This document shows positions 28,701-39,300 of a stretch of DNA of 64,000 bases, one piece after another. The stretch covers positions 45,935 through 109,934 of IMG/VR virus record IMGVR_UViG_3300028829_002760. One strand, written 5' to 3'. The notes under the pieces are model-generated. The model saw only the letters and a program-made list of their open reading frames with translations, made no database searches and was not told where the DNA came from. The position numbers and the translations under genes were made by a program. Source of the stretch: a virus. Position 1 is the first letter of the stretch, and every line of letters starts with the position of its first letter.

Positions 28701-31700
28701 TGGTTCTCCAGCTTGATCTTTATAAGTAAAAACTAAGTCTCCAATTATTTTATAAGCACCTGCTACATCAAACTGATTTCTACCAGTTTCTTGTATTCTT
28801 TCTTGTATTTCTCTAAGCTCAGTGAGAAGATCATTTTTCATTTCCCAATACTCAGGATCAATATCCATTCTTAGGTTTTGTCTTTCCCACATTTTCATTT
28901 CACGTTTATACTCTTTATCACCTGGAAGTATGTCTTTAGTAGCTAATAGATCTACAAATTCATTGTATGCACTTTGTAGCATTCCTTCCATAGGTCTCCG
29001 CTCATAAAATTCTTTTGTAGCTTCTCTGTGTTCTTGAAGTACATTTGCAATACTTAAATCATATATACCTTTAGCTTCATCATCTACTTTAGGTGTGCCA
29101 TCTTCATATGTTAATGCAAATAATTGTTGGTACTCTCTAAATGCTGCTTTTATAGTTGAGTATTCTTGAAACCTTTCTAACTCATTTTCCATTGAGTTTA
29201 CAAGGTTGTTATATGCAGCTAGTTTTTGTTTTCTTACATAGTATGCTAATTTACCTGCTTTAGATTGTTTAAATATATCATCTTTTTCATAAAACTCTGG
29301 AACAAAATCTTGCCACATATAATCTTTTTTAAATGTGTCAAATTCAAATTGTGCATCAGCAATTTTATTTACATCTTCACTCTTTTTAGCTTCTTCTAAA
29401 TTATATTCTAATAGATCGTAATGATATCTATAATCTTTAAAAGCCCCGTGATAAGACCATATTTTTTTTTCAATAGGTTTACCTTCTTTATCTACCCAAA
29501 ATACTGTATCTAAAAACCCTAACTTTTCCCTCATAGCAGGAGAATTTAATTTGGAAAATCCTACAGCAGGTAGTAGTTTTTCAAGTTTTTTTCTAAATTT
29601 TAGAGACTTTTCCCAAACAATATTTTCTACCTGTGACTTTTCATTCTCTATAAACATAGATAATGGGCCCACAACTACATCATTAGAAGAACTATAACTT
29701 TCTAACCATCTATTAAACCAAGTTATATCATGTGCTCCTCCAGTAAGTGCTTCAGTTATTTTATCTTTATCTATAACAATATCTTTGTATTCTTGTAAAA
29801 AACCTTTTAGTATATCTTTAGGAACTCCTTTTTCAATTAATGCGTCTATATCAGAATCTTCAATTGTATTTGTAGTTACTTTATAATAAAGATCATTTAC
29901 AGCATTTTCTAATTCAACAGGGTTTAATGCTCTTTTTAAAGCTGTACCAAGATTTTCTCTAAGTCTTTTTTCAACATACTCAGACATGTATCCTGTAATC
30001 TCTACATAAAACTGTACGTTGTTAGTTTTTAATAAGTTTGCAATATTAGTATTTACCCTAGTTATATTTTGTACAATTTCATTTAGATTGTTATAAAATG
30101 GATTTGATGAATCTATTATCTTTCCATCTATACTCAATGCTTCATTTATCTCTTCAACCATCTTTAACCAGGCTTTAGAGTTCTGCTTGTACAACATTAA
30201 TAAAGCTATAGTACTTCTATTATTAATGTTAGACTTATTTATCTTATTAATGTTGGACAGCATATTTTTTAACATGCTGTTTGTAGTGTCTAAAGTATTT
30301 ACTAATGCAGTTGCTCGTTGAAGATCTGCATCTAAAGATTCTTTTACGGCATCCAGTGCATTTTGAATTTTTTCATTTTCATCAAACTCCTCTACATCCG
30401 TGTTAAGGTAATCTTTTAATGTGCTAGTTACTTCTCTTAAGTATCTAGTAGTTCCTTTTTGAAATAATGTTTCTTTTAACATTGTTCTAGAAACCTTATC
30501 TCCTTTAAAATTTTCAGCCTCAGTTAAAACTCGTTTAGTGGTCTCATAAATCTGATCTATCATTTTTTGCATAGATTCTTTATCAGAGAACTTATCTAAT
30601 TCTTTAGCTCTAGCAAGTACATCTCTACCGAACATCACAAGATCTTCCTCTTTTAAGTTATTGGGAATATCTATATCTATTTCTTTTTCAAGGAGCATTT
30701 CAGATAAATCCTCTATTGAAGTATCCACATCTAGTTTAGAAATTTTTACTTTACTACCAAAAACTTTTCTAAGTATTTGCTTGATTGCGTTCAGTAATCT
30801 ATTAATAAAACTATCAAATCCCTCTGTGTTGATTTGATCGTTCATCTTATTGATTGCTTTTAATTGTAGTGCGTATGCTAATACTTCCTCCTTAAATAGA
30901 TCAGTATTTTGATCTAGTTCAGGGTATTGAGATTCTACATAAAATTTTATACCTTGACCCTCCTCAGTTGAGATAGCTTCTTTATAAAGTTTTTGGAATA
31001 AGATATTGTTCTTCATTCTTAATCCTTGAAGCAGCGGGTGTGAAAACTCATGTAATACTGTTCTAGGAGTTATGTTTTCTCCTACTAGATATACAGTACC
31101 TGCGTAATAGAAACCAGGTTCACCGTTATATTTGACCTGTCTGTTTTGTAATATCTTTGAGGCTTCTTCCTTAGTTATATTTTCGTATCTTACATCTAAA
31201 CCTACCGATAACCTTTGTGCAAGCATTTCAGCTAGTTGTTTTGATCTTTGATTTTGCAATTGTTCTACATTTAGTGATACAAAATCTACCCCATAAATAG
31301 CAGTATCTGTAACTTCTTTTGTAGTTTCTTTAGATTTAACTTTTTGATTAGCCGATATATCACCTTTTTTAATTTTAGCTAAAGTTTCATTAGCTTCTTT
31401 TAAAGCTTCTTCTTTAGATAGTCCAAGGTCATTTTGAAAACTCATTGTAGCCTGAATAACATCTTCTAATTGTTCTAATGCATTAGAATAATTATTTATA
31501 TTAAATAACCTTCTTATAAAGTCTAATAGTTCTTCAAATAAATTAGAAAACTCTTTTTTATTCATTGGAGGAACTTGTCTTAATAGCTCCTGAAACTCTG
31601 GATTTGTTAATGCTTCTGCAAATAATTCATCTGTATTTGTAAACCCATAAGGCATTGAAAACTGATATGCACCCATTAAAGATTTATCTTGCAATATTAT

Positions 31701-33389
31701 TACTTGATCTTTTAAGTACTTTAAAAACTTATCATAAGGATTTCTATCTGCTCCCTGCAATTTTTCCCTTCTTGTTTTATTAGGTAGTGCATCAAATTCT
31801 TTTTTCTTAAGTGTATCAACTCTATAGGATTCTGCTGCAATTGCAATTGTACTTAGTGAATGAACAATTTCATGCATTACTAATCTTTCTGGATCTACTC
31901 TAAATCTTTCACTATTATGATGTAGGTTTATATATTGTCCTGTAATATAACTAGCTTCAACATCAGCTATAAATGTATATTTATCATTTAATCTTTTAAC
32001 TTTAGCATTATAATATGCTGCAGTACCTTTCTTTTCTTCTGAAAATAAATGTAATACGTTTATAGGAATATTATTTTTTTCAGCAAATGGAATTAATTTT
32101 TTAGCTAAATCTTTATATTCACTATCAGGGTTATTAGCTATGTTTTGTAATATAGTTACAGTATCTGAAGTAGCAGGAATATGTAGGGATGAGTCATAAT
32201 CTGGAAATATTTTTTTAATCTTTTCTTTAGCCTCAATAGGAAGTACATCTTTTTTGCTAAACTCTATTTCTTGATTCATCCATGTTGAAGCCTGAAACAA
32301 CTTCCTCATTAAAATAGCCTTCTCTATATTAGGATTTTGTTGTAACTCTCTATTTTTAAATTCTAAAATTCTTGTTACCTGATTGTCAATTCTATCATTG
32401 ACTAATTGTTTCCAGTTAGGTATAATTTTTATAAAATTAGATAAGGTTTCAAGTTTTTTAGTTTTAGATTTTATAGCATTGCTATAAGTAAAAACTTTAT
32501 TTTTTGTAAATTTAATATTAGATTTTATTTTTTTTACAGCATTTCTACCTAAAAAAGCAATTGCTTGAGCATCACTTTTGAATTTATTTTCTTCATATAA
32601 AGATTTAAAATATTTTTTAATTGTAGCTTGATTCTTTTTTGAATAACTAGATATCTTACTTTTGTCTTTATATTTAATAAAACCATTTATAACATTTAAT
32701 TCTAATTCAAGTTCTTCAACTGCTTTTTTAGTATTATCTATTGCTTCTTTTAGATAATAATCATTTGATTTTATATCTTTTAATGCTTCTTTTATAGCAT
32801 TTGGAATTTCAGTAGATTTATTAAAAGCTTCTAGTCTTTCAGTAAGAGAAGACTTTCTATCTAATTGTTGAAGTTTTGTTTGTCTTAAAACTTCTCGACC
32901 AAATATATTTTCAAGTAAATTTTCTACTATAGTAGACATAACATAAGCGTCATCGTTATACCAAATATCTCTTTTAATACCTTTTCTATTTCTCATGTAA
33001 TAAGGTCTTTCTTTTAAAGAAAGCTTATTCATTATCATATTTGATACATCTTCTACTTCATCAAAAGACATTATAGATCTAACATCTTCTTCAGACATAA
33101 ACTTAATTCCAGGTGCAATTTTTTGAGATACATTTATAGAATTAAACTGAACTGAATTAAAATTATCCTGAAAAATTTCAAAAAGAGCTTCATTGGGAAC
33201 TGCTTCTGATAATCTTAAATTAAATAGTTTTTCACCAAGTGGTCTTAAACCATACTTTATCTCTGCTAAAGATGTCATCTTATCATTTAGATCATCAAAT
33301 AGCTTTTCATCGACTACTTTATTAACTTCATCAATAGCTCCTTGCTTTTGTAGATAGTTTACTGAATTTATTTGTACTTCACAGGCCAT
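25728..33389 (-). CDS. Giant virion cargo/ejection protein (2553 aa): two zincin-like domains, LysM, C-terminal hydrophobic segments
   Basis: HEIVH...ELFAE, HEFSH...EEVLA; LysM-like YQRGETLEEIAKKYYIPVEELKAKN...LEDGQEIII; hydrophobic MAVIGLSLLALMLFGF. Confidence 0.8.
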   Translation of the reverse strand: MACEVQINSVNYLQKQGAIDEVNKVVDEKLFDDLNDKMTSLAEIKYGLRPLGEKLFNLRLSEAVPNEALFEIFQDNFNSVQFNSINVSQKIAPGIKFMSEEDVRSIMSFDEVEDVSNMIMNKLSLKERPYYMRNRKGIKRDIWYNDDAYVMSTIVENLLENIFGREVLRQTKLQQLDRKSSLTERLEAFNKSTEIPNAIKEALKDIKSNDYYLKEAIDNTKKAVEELELELNVINGFIKYKDKSKISSYSKKNQATIKKYFKSLYEENKFKSDAQAIAFLGRNAVKKIKSNIKFTKNKVFTYSNAIKSKTKKLETLSNFIKIIPNWKQLVNDRIDNQVTRILEFKNRELQQNPNIEKAILMRKLFQASTWMNQEIEFSKKDVLPIEAKEKIKKIFPDYDSSLHIPATSDTVTILQNIANNPDSEYKDLAKKLIPFAEKNNIPINVLHLFSEEKKGTAAYYNAKVKRLNDKYTFIADVEASYITGQYINLHHNSERFRVDPERLVMHEIVHSLSTIAIAAESYRVDTLKKKEFDALPNKTRREKLQGADRNPYDKFLKYLKDQVIILQDKSLMGAYQFSMPYGFTNTDELFAEALTNPEFQELLRQVPPMNKKEFSNLFEELLDFIRRLFNINNYSNALEQLEDVIQATMSFQNDLGLSKEEALKEANETLAKIKKGDISANQKVKSKETTKEVTDTAIYGVDFVSLNVEQLQNQRSKQLAEMLAQRLSVGLDVRYENITKEEASKILQNRQVKYNGEPGFYYAGTVYLVGENITPRTVLHEFSHPLLQGLRMKNNILFQKLYKEAISTEEGQGIKFYVESQYPELDQNTDLFKEEVLAYALQLKAINKMNDQINTEGFDSFINRLLNAIKQILRKVFGSKVKISKLDVDTSIEDLSEMLLEKEIDIDIPNNLKEEDLVMFGRDVLARAKELDKFSDKESMQKMIDQIYETTKRVLTEAENFKGDKVSRTMLKETLFQKGTTRYLREVTSTLKDYLNTDVEEFDENEKIQNALDAVKESLDADLQRATALVNTLDTTNSMLKNMLSNINKINKSNINNRSTIALLMLYKQNSKAWLKMVEEINEALSIDGKIIDSSNPFYNNLNEIVQNITRVNTNIANLLKTNNVQFYVEITGYMSEYVEKRLRENLGTALKRALNPVELENAVNDLYYKVTTNTIEDSDIDALIEKGVPKDILKGFLQEYKDIVIDKDKITEALTGGAHDITWFNRWLESYSSSNDVVVGPLSMFIENEKSQVENIVWEKSLKFRKKLEKLLPAVGFSKLNSPAMREKLGFLDTVFWVDKEGKPIEKKIWSYHGAFKDYRYHYDLLEYNLEEAKKSEDVNKIADAQFEFDTFKKDYMWQDFVPEFYEKDDIFKQSKAGKLAYYVRKQKLAAYNNLVNSMENELERFQEYSTIKAAFREYQQLFALTYEDGTPKVDDEAKGIYDLSIANVLQEHREATKEFYERRPMEGMLQSAYNEFVDLLATKDILPGDKEYKREMKMWERQNLRMDIDPEYWEMKNDLLTELREIQERIQETGRNQFDVAGAYKIIGDLVFTYKDQAGEPNSSDMGNDRLERVRDLEQEISDYRANIDSRTGLTRDDADEFNRLSQKATDGALESGSPEAERYFYLLDKVEETGISGQDVTRMNQIIAELGSMTEKLPTIYYMEALNYNLSRLDIEEVSEDEVEDVVNGDEFQELLEEDQKLREWFEINHYTIQKYNRETKAYESYFKRTSANNVSSPTDEKYIKFTEIIDKNTGEPILLKGAPGIRHSRNEVKDEYRTIPFGAKKADYVGKYIDNKNQWLPRLYQPGQKYSAKDGRFINEKYFQMKSANNAEYKLIDAITEYHLANQEGVSNYSKLYLDMPRYALKRGDIWQAMQKGTYGKRFGELGRNVKEWVRQSFVKTKVDAELDFNYDAKNNLVNTNLDGNQITYVPVSGIYNIDQEITDADTFSGLFRYALSVQTQSKLLESLPLVNSILDTLEDPANAPKELEKFDKGIFNLKGQLQKAKKKFSTNNRLGQVKSLIEREYFGRLVEGIEETHPVFGKMMGTLQGLSAMGSLAVNIPSDLKNKYGAYVQVLIEGLGAEFITLKDFALARPWAEKSMLEWTTKGIYQTGPGAISTQLIQFFDPVFKSKDQFGKEIERSLIKDLANGEWMYMHRKFGEMQVSVSLFGAFMFGQKIDQLLTDGTKKTMRYIDAWEKDAEGIIRLKSGIHPGWSNLPVFHEYQRGETLEEIAKKYYIPVEELKAKNRIKTAVQLEDGQEIIIAKSEKFLGLKNRIQGTSRKLFGTYDAIGQAEGNKLLLYKMFFFMRKWFTPMFMNRFGFDSKTATWTRGGERYDWATTSYGKGFYVTAFQALVKTIKSAGRNAAYLSTEEKVSLRKMAGEGMAVIGLSLLALMLFGFDPEDDDKWDKIKKRSGAYGQDTFNTYGFLSNHMLLLILGAQAESSAFVPLPSIKGLNLGMDDYTKMITQTTSAWYNTIVLYADIMGDVLDFVTFSEMDRYKRDVGTMSWKEKGDLKIWAKFRKVFGRTGSSEDPEYTIKNMIKSQTRLGQ

Positions 33390-33390
33390 G

Positions 33391-36300
33391 TTATGAACAT
33401 TTAAATGGATCTTCTTCTAGCTCCAATTGTAATAATATTTCTTCATCGGTGATACCTTGTACGATACCAACCATTTTATTTATTTCTTCAAACTTAGTTG
33501 AACCAGGGTTTACGAACTGAAAGTCTTCAAACAACCTCTTACTTAAATATACGAATAATTCTTGAGGCATTGTATTTCTATCTCCTAAACCATACTCAGG
33601 AAATGCTATTTTACCATTTTTTTCTTGAATCTTTTTTACAGTGGCAATTCTATTTTCCCAAATCTTTTTTAGATTATCATATTCACTAGGAGGTAATTCT
33701 ACTTTACGTCCATCTTTAATATGACTGTATAGATCAGTTGGGAAGTTTATAGACATGTCTCCTACCTCTGTCATAAAGTATGATGATCCACCTAACACAA
33801 TTCCATTATCTTTTTGTTCTGGTCTAATCTCAAAAACACTTGTATTATGTAAAAATACTACGTCTGGATTATTTTTAGATATATTAGAGTAATAGAAGGT
33901 ATTAGTTGCATTATTATCATTGTAAGTATAAACATCAGTTTCTTCTGTATTTCTCAAACCTAATCTTCTTTTAACAACTTCAGTATCCATATTAGTAGTG
34001 TCTATAACAGTTTTAGCACCTCTATCTAGTAAAGCATTTTGTGCAAGTTTCAATCCTTCTAGAAAAGCTTTATCAATAACATAATTTGTGTTATGAGTAA
34101 ATTTTTCATATTGTAATAATTTTGTAGCAGCTTCAGAATTACGATTTTGTAAAAATGATTCTACTACAAGATCTTTCATAAGTTGTAAATTATCAAAACT
34201 TTTTTTAACCTTTTTACCTCTTATTTTAGTACCGTATCCACCAGCATCAATATATTTATCATATGTTGATTGATCAAACTCACCTGATTTATTAGATTGA
34301 TATGCATGCTCTACACTTCCATATTCTCTACCTTCCCAAGTAAATGTTCTTGGTGCAAGATTAGATAATATTTTTGTAGAAGTTTTAGATTCAGCTTGAC
34401 CCCAATATACATTAATAGTTCCTGTTGGTTTAACACCAGTTTCTAATTCAGTTGTTTCAGTTGTTTCAGTTGATTTAACAGTATCAAGTTCCATATCTGA
34501 TATATAATCCTTAAATCTGTTTTTATTTTGATTTGTTCTAGCATTAATATCAAGGAACATATCATAGAAATTACTTAATATACCCTGACCATTTTTTTCT
34601 AATGCTGAAATAAAGTCTTTAGATTCATTTTCAAGTATTGATAAAAAGTTATTATAGTCTACTACATTTGTAAAGTTTAACTTTGTTTTATTTAAACCTG
34701 TTTGTAAAAAAGAATATAAGTTTAAGTAATCAAACATCTTACTTATTCTTAAATTTTCAATTGGATCCTCAACTTTAGAATATCCAGGGTTAGCTAATTT
34801 TTTTAGATCATCAGTATATAAGTTAGACTTATCACTATCAAAATCTTTATCTGCTAAATATATATTGTAAACACCATCTTCCTTACCACCATCTAATTTG
34901 AATTTCTTAACTACGTTATATGTTCTACCTAGTTCAGGATTATCTTGTAACATAATCATAAATCTAATAGCAAATGCATTTTCACTCTCAAATAAATGGA
35001 ACATATTAAATGAATTATCTAATGCTTCAATAGCTAATAGTTTTTCATAAGCATATCTTACAGCTTTTTCTTGAGTTAATTCAGGCATTATTTCTTTAGT
35101 AAGATTTAACTCATCTTTAAAAGTTTTAGTTTTAGCATAATCTTTAGTAAGAGGGTTTAGATACCTTAAATATTCACGTTGAGCTACAAATTTTAAGTAT
35201 TCATCGAAATTTGTTTGAGAATTAGTTCTAAAAGTTGAAGGGTGTAATGGATATAATCCACGATCTTCATATGAATTTTTCACATCAGAATCTTCTTCCC
35301 ACGCACTTTTCTTAAATTCTTTTTCAAGTTGTTTCATGTCCATATACAGAACACCATCTTTTATAAAAGCACCTCTATTAAGCTTTTTAACTAATTTAGT
35401 AGGTATTTTAGTTTGAAGATCTAAAGACATAAAACCGTCTTTACTATTATATTTTCTTATAGCATTTTGTAGTATAAAGCTTACTATATCATTTCTAAAT
35501 ACATTACTAAACATTTCCACATTTTGACCTGGGAATGTATTTTCTAGATCCATTCTAATACTATCTTTTTTAGATATTAAGAACCTACTGATCTCAGGAT
35601 GATATCTTAATTCAAATAGTGGTCTACTTACTGCTAATGCTAGTGGTCCATTAAAGAATGATCTTAATATTGAGTCATTCCTCATAGCATTTACAACTTC
35701 CAAAGGCACTCTTGAATCATAGAATAATTCATCTAAATTAGCTTCAGTTTGCTCTACATCAGATAAAGTAGTCTTAGTACTTGTATCTGGATTAGATGCC
35801 ATTTTAAGTTTAGTATATCCACCAATCTGTTGTTCAAGTTCTAAATAATGTAAAAACATTGATTTAACTAAATCACTCTCTGTATCATTTTCCTTAATAG
35901 CTTTAAGCATTTGAGATTCAGTAAAATGATTTTTTCTTTTTTTACTAAAGAATTTATCAAGTAATTGTTGACCTTTATTATATCTAGCATCATTTTTACT
36001 TCTAGGTGACAACTCATCAAAATCAAAATATTTACGTATTACTTCAGATGCAGCTTTATATTTTGCTAATCCAGATGCACCAACATCTTTTCCTAATGCT
36101 TCAGCAAATGTAGATTTAAATAAACGTTGCTCAGTTACATAATCTCTAACTAGTGGATTAGATACAAAGTATATTGCTTCTTTAACAGGTACACCAGCTT
36201 TAATCATATATAACAATGTTGGAGCTACTTCATAGTTACCTTGTATAAAGAATACCCATGCATCTTTCTCAACATCAACCCAACCGTTCATCATTTGAGA

Positions 36301-39300
36301 TATAACATCAGCAACTTTATTTACACCATCAACATCATACATATCTGATATAGATATTACTTCATCACCATTTTTACTGGTCATTTTATTATGTCTCAGT
36401 CTCATGTTACTTTCCCTTAATACTTCTTTAATTTTATAAGTATTAGGCATGTATGCTCCAATGGCATTCATAATAACATTAAATGTATTTTCTATAGCAC
36501 CAAGACCAAGTGTCTTTTTACCTACAATATTTGACTCATGTTTATATACATTATATAATGCTTCTAAAACTCTGGTAGGACTCATCTCACCAGTATCTTT
36601 AGTCATTTTATTTTTCTTAGGATTGTATTTAGAAACATATTGAGCAAGTTGATCAGCAATACCCTTTAATATAAAAGTACCGTTAGGCATAATAAGTGAT
36701 GCGTAGTTATCTGGTAATTCTAAAATTTCTTTAATATCATTTATAAGTTCATTTTCTAATGCTGCTTTTTGATTTTTCACAGCTCCTAGAAAATTATCTG
36801 TACCTCTTAAATCTTTTATAGATTGTAAATCACTATAAGATCTTTTTATAACTGAACCATCTTCATCTAAAGTGTTCATAAAAATTGTCAACTTATCAAT
36901 ATCAAAGTCACCCCCTGATTTAGCAACTATTTCTGCTGGAGGTACTATAATATTTCCTGCTTGTGGAGGTAAGAATTCAAATACTTCAGCAAATTCCATA
37001 GAGTTAAGACCCTGAACTGGTATTCTAACACCTACTAATGTTATTGCTTTTCTGTTAGCTCCATTATTAGCATCTAACCAAGAATCATCTTTAATTTTTT
37101 CATTTAATCTTTCTAAAGATTTGTCCATATTAAGTTCATTATCTTCATTATAAACACCTATACTTTCATCATTCTCATATTCTAAATTAAATAGATTATA
37201 ATAAGTACCTTGCATAGCTATCATAACTTTAGCTGCTGCAGTATATCCATCTGATTTTTTATGATAAGTTGGTAACAAGTAAGATGCTGAAGCCCACTTA
37301 GCTATTTCATCTTTAGTTGCTTTTCTTAAATCAGGTTTAGCAAACTGATTTTGGAACATTCCAACTGAAACTTGTACTAATGGTTCCCCATTTACTTTTT
37401 GTTTAATTACTCTCTTATTAATCATAGAGAGAATTAACTTTTCTATTTTACCAGACTCTGGATGGAAAGATAAATCATGTTGTATTTTACCTGAGTTATC
37501 AAATACATCTATAAATTCAATTAAATCATCACTAAGAACATCTTCTCTTTCAAGATTTGTTCTAATTATATTTAAAAGCTTAGCTGTACTTGATTTATCT
37601 TTTGCTTTATATTGACCTGGGCTTGTTTCTTCATAACCCATTTCTTCTAAAAGCTCAAGCTTTAATAGTTCTGTATATTCTTCTACATGATCTATATAAC
37701 GTTTAACTCTTTCATTTGTAATCTCTTCATACTTAGTAGATTTAATTACACCTCTTTCATAAAGTCCTTCTAGAATTAATTTACGTAACTGTGTAGAGAA
37801 TATAGTTTTAAATTTATACTCTGAATTAACTTCTGTCTGATTCTTTAAAAATTCTGCATATATTGTATTTACTGTAAACTCAGAGTCTTTATTAAAACTA
37901 CCATCTTCATTAAGTACTACATCACCTGTTCCTATATGAGATACTTTAGAACCTGATTCCATTAATACATAATCCATTTGATCTTTCATCATTTTTTGAT
38001 GTAAATCATATAATGGTGTACCAGCTTTTGCTACTCCAGGTATTAATGGTGCAAGTGAAAACTTATGAAATGAATTAACAGGTAGTCCTGTAGCCTCTAT
38101 ATTTCCAAAGTATTGCAGCTTATATGATGGGAAAAATTCTACTATATCTTCAGCTGTAATATTTTCTCCCATAGCAACTCTTCTATATAATTGCTCTTGT
38201 TCTGTACTCCAATTACTTTCAAGTTCTTTTAATTGTCTATATGTTTCAAATGAAATCCATCCTTGACCATCAGCAATATCCATTTTACCATACTCTTCTA
38301 TAGCTTTATCTGCTATATTTTTAGCAACAGTTTTACTACCAGTTCTTTCATATACAGAATCATAAATAGACTTTCTATATTCGTCAAACATTTCAGACTT
38401 TATAGTAATTTCCTTTAAGATTGCTGTTCTAAAAGTTCCGTCATAATTTCTTGACTCATAACCTAATCTATCTGCATAATATTTCTTTAAAGAACTTACA
38501 TATATTTGCGCTCTTTGATCAGCTCTAAATCCTTTTCCACCTGATGCAAGACCTGCATTTCTTTTATGAAATTCTTCTTTAGCATGATTATACTGTACTA
38601 GATCACCATATGCTAAAGCTACAGTTTCCATTTTATGAATAAAAGAGTTATATGTATATGCTGACATTAATGAAGTTTCTATATCCTTTTGAGTTAAACC
38701 TGGGTTAATAAGTTCAAATCTTTGATATAATCCTTCGTCTATATATTTAGCTTCTTGTAATCTTTCATAATTTTCTTTAGTGTCCTTACTAAAATATTCA
38801 TAAACATTACTTCTAATTTTTTCTCTTAAATCAAATTGGTCATCTAATTCATCCATTAGATTAAAATTATTATTAACATCTTTAGAAGCTTTATCTAATA
38901 TTTTATATAACTCATCTTGAACGTCTTCCTTTAAAACATCATCAAATGCTGTAAATGCTTGACCTGCCATTACAGTGGTTTTATTCTCATCTTTTCTTTT
39001 AACTTTTCTATTATACCCAGCATAGTTTTTAAACTTATCTTTCTGTTGCTGAAATCTTACTATTCTATTAGCTTCTGCAGCAATATATCCTTCAATAATA
39101 TCATATGCTTTTATTTCACCATCAGAATATCCTACAAAAGATTCTATGTCTACATAAAGTTTATTGTCTTTTTTACCGTTATATGTTTGGATAGTACCAT
39201 CTACTGTCATTCCTAATGCAGTATTTTTGGAAGCATGTCTCATAAACTCCTCAACTCCATTCAATAACATTGTATGGATTTCTTGTAAAAATTTACTTGT

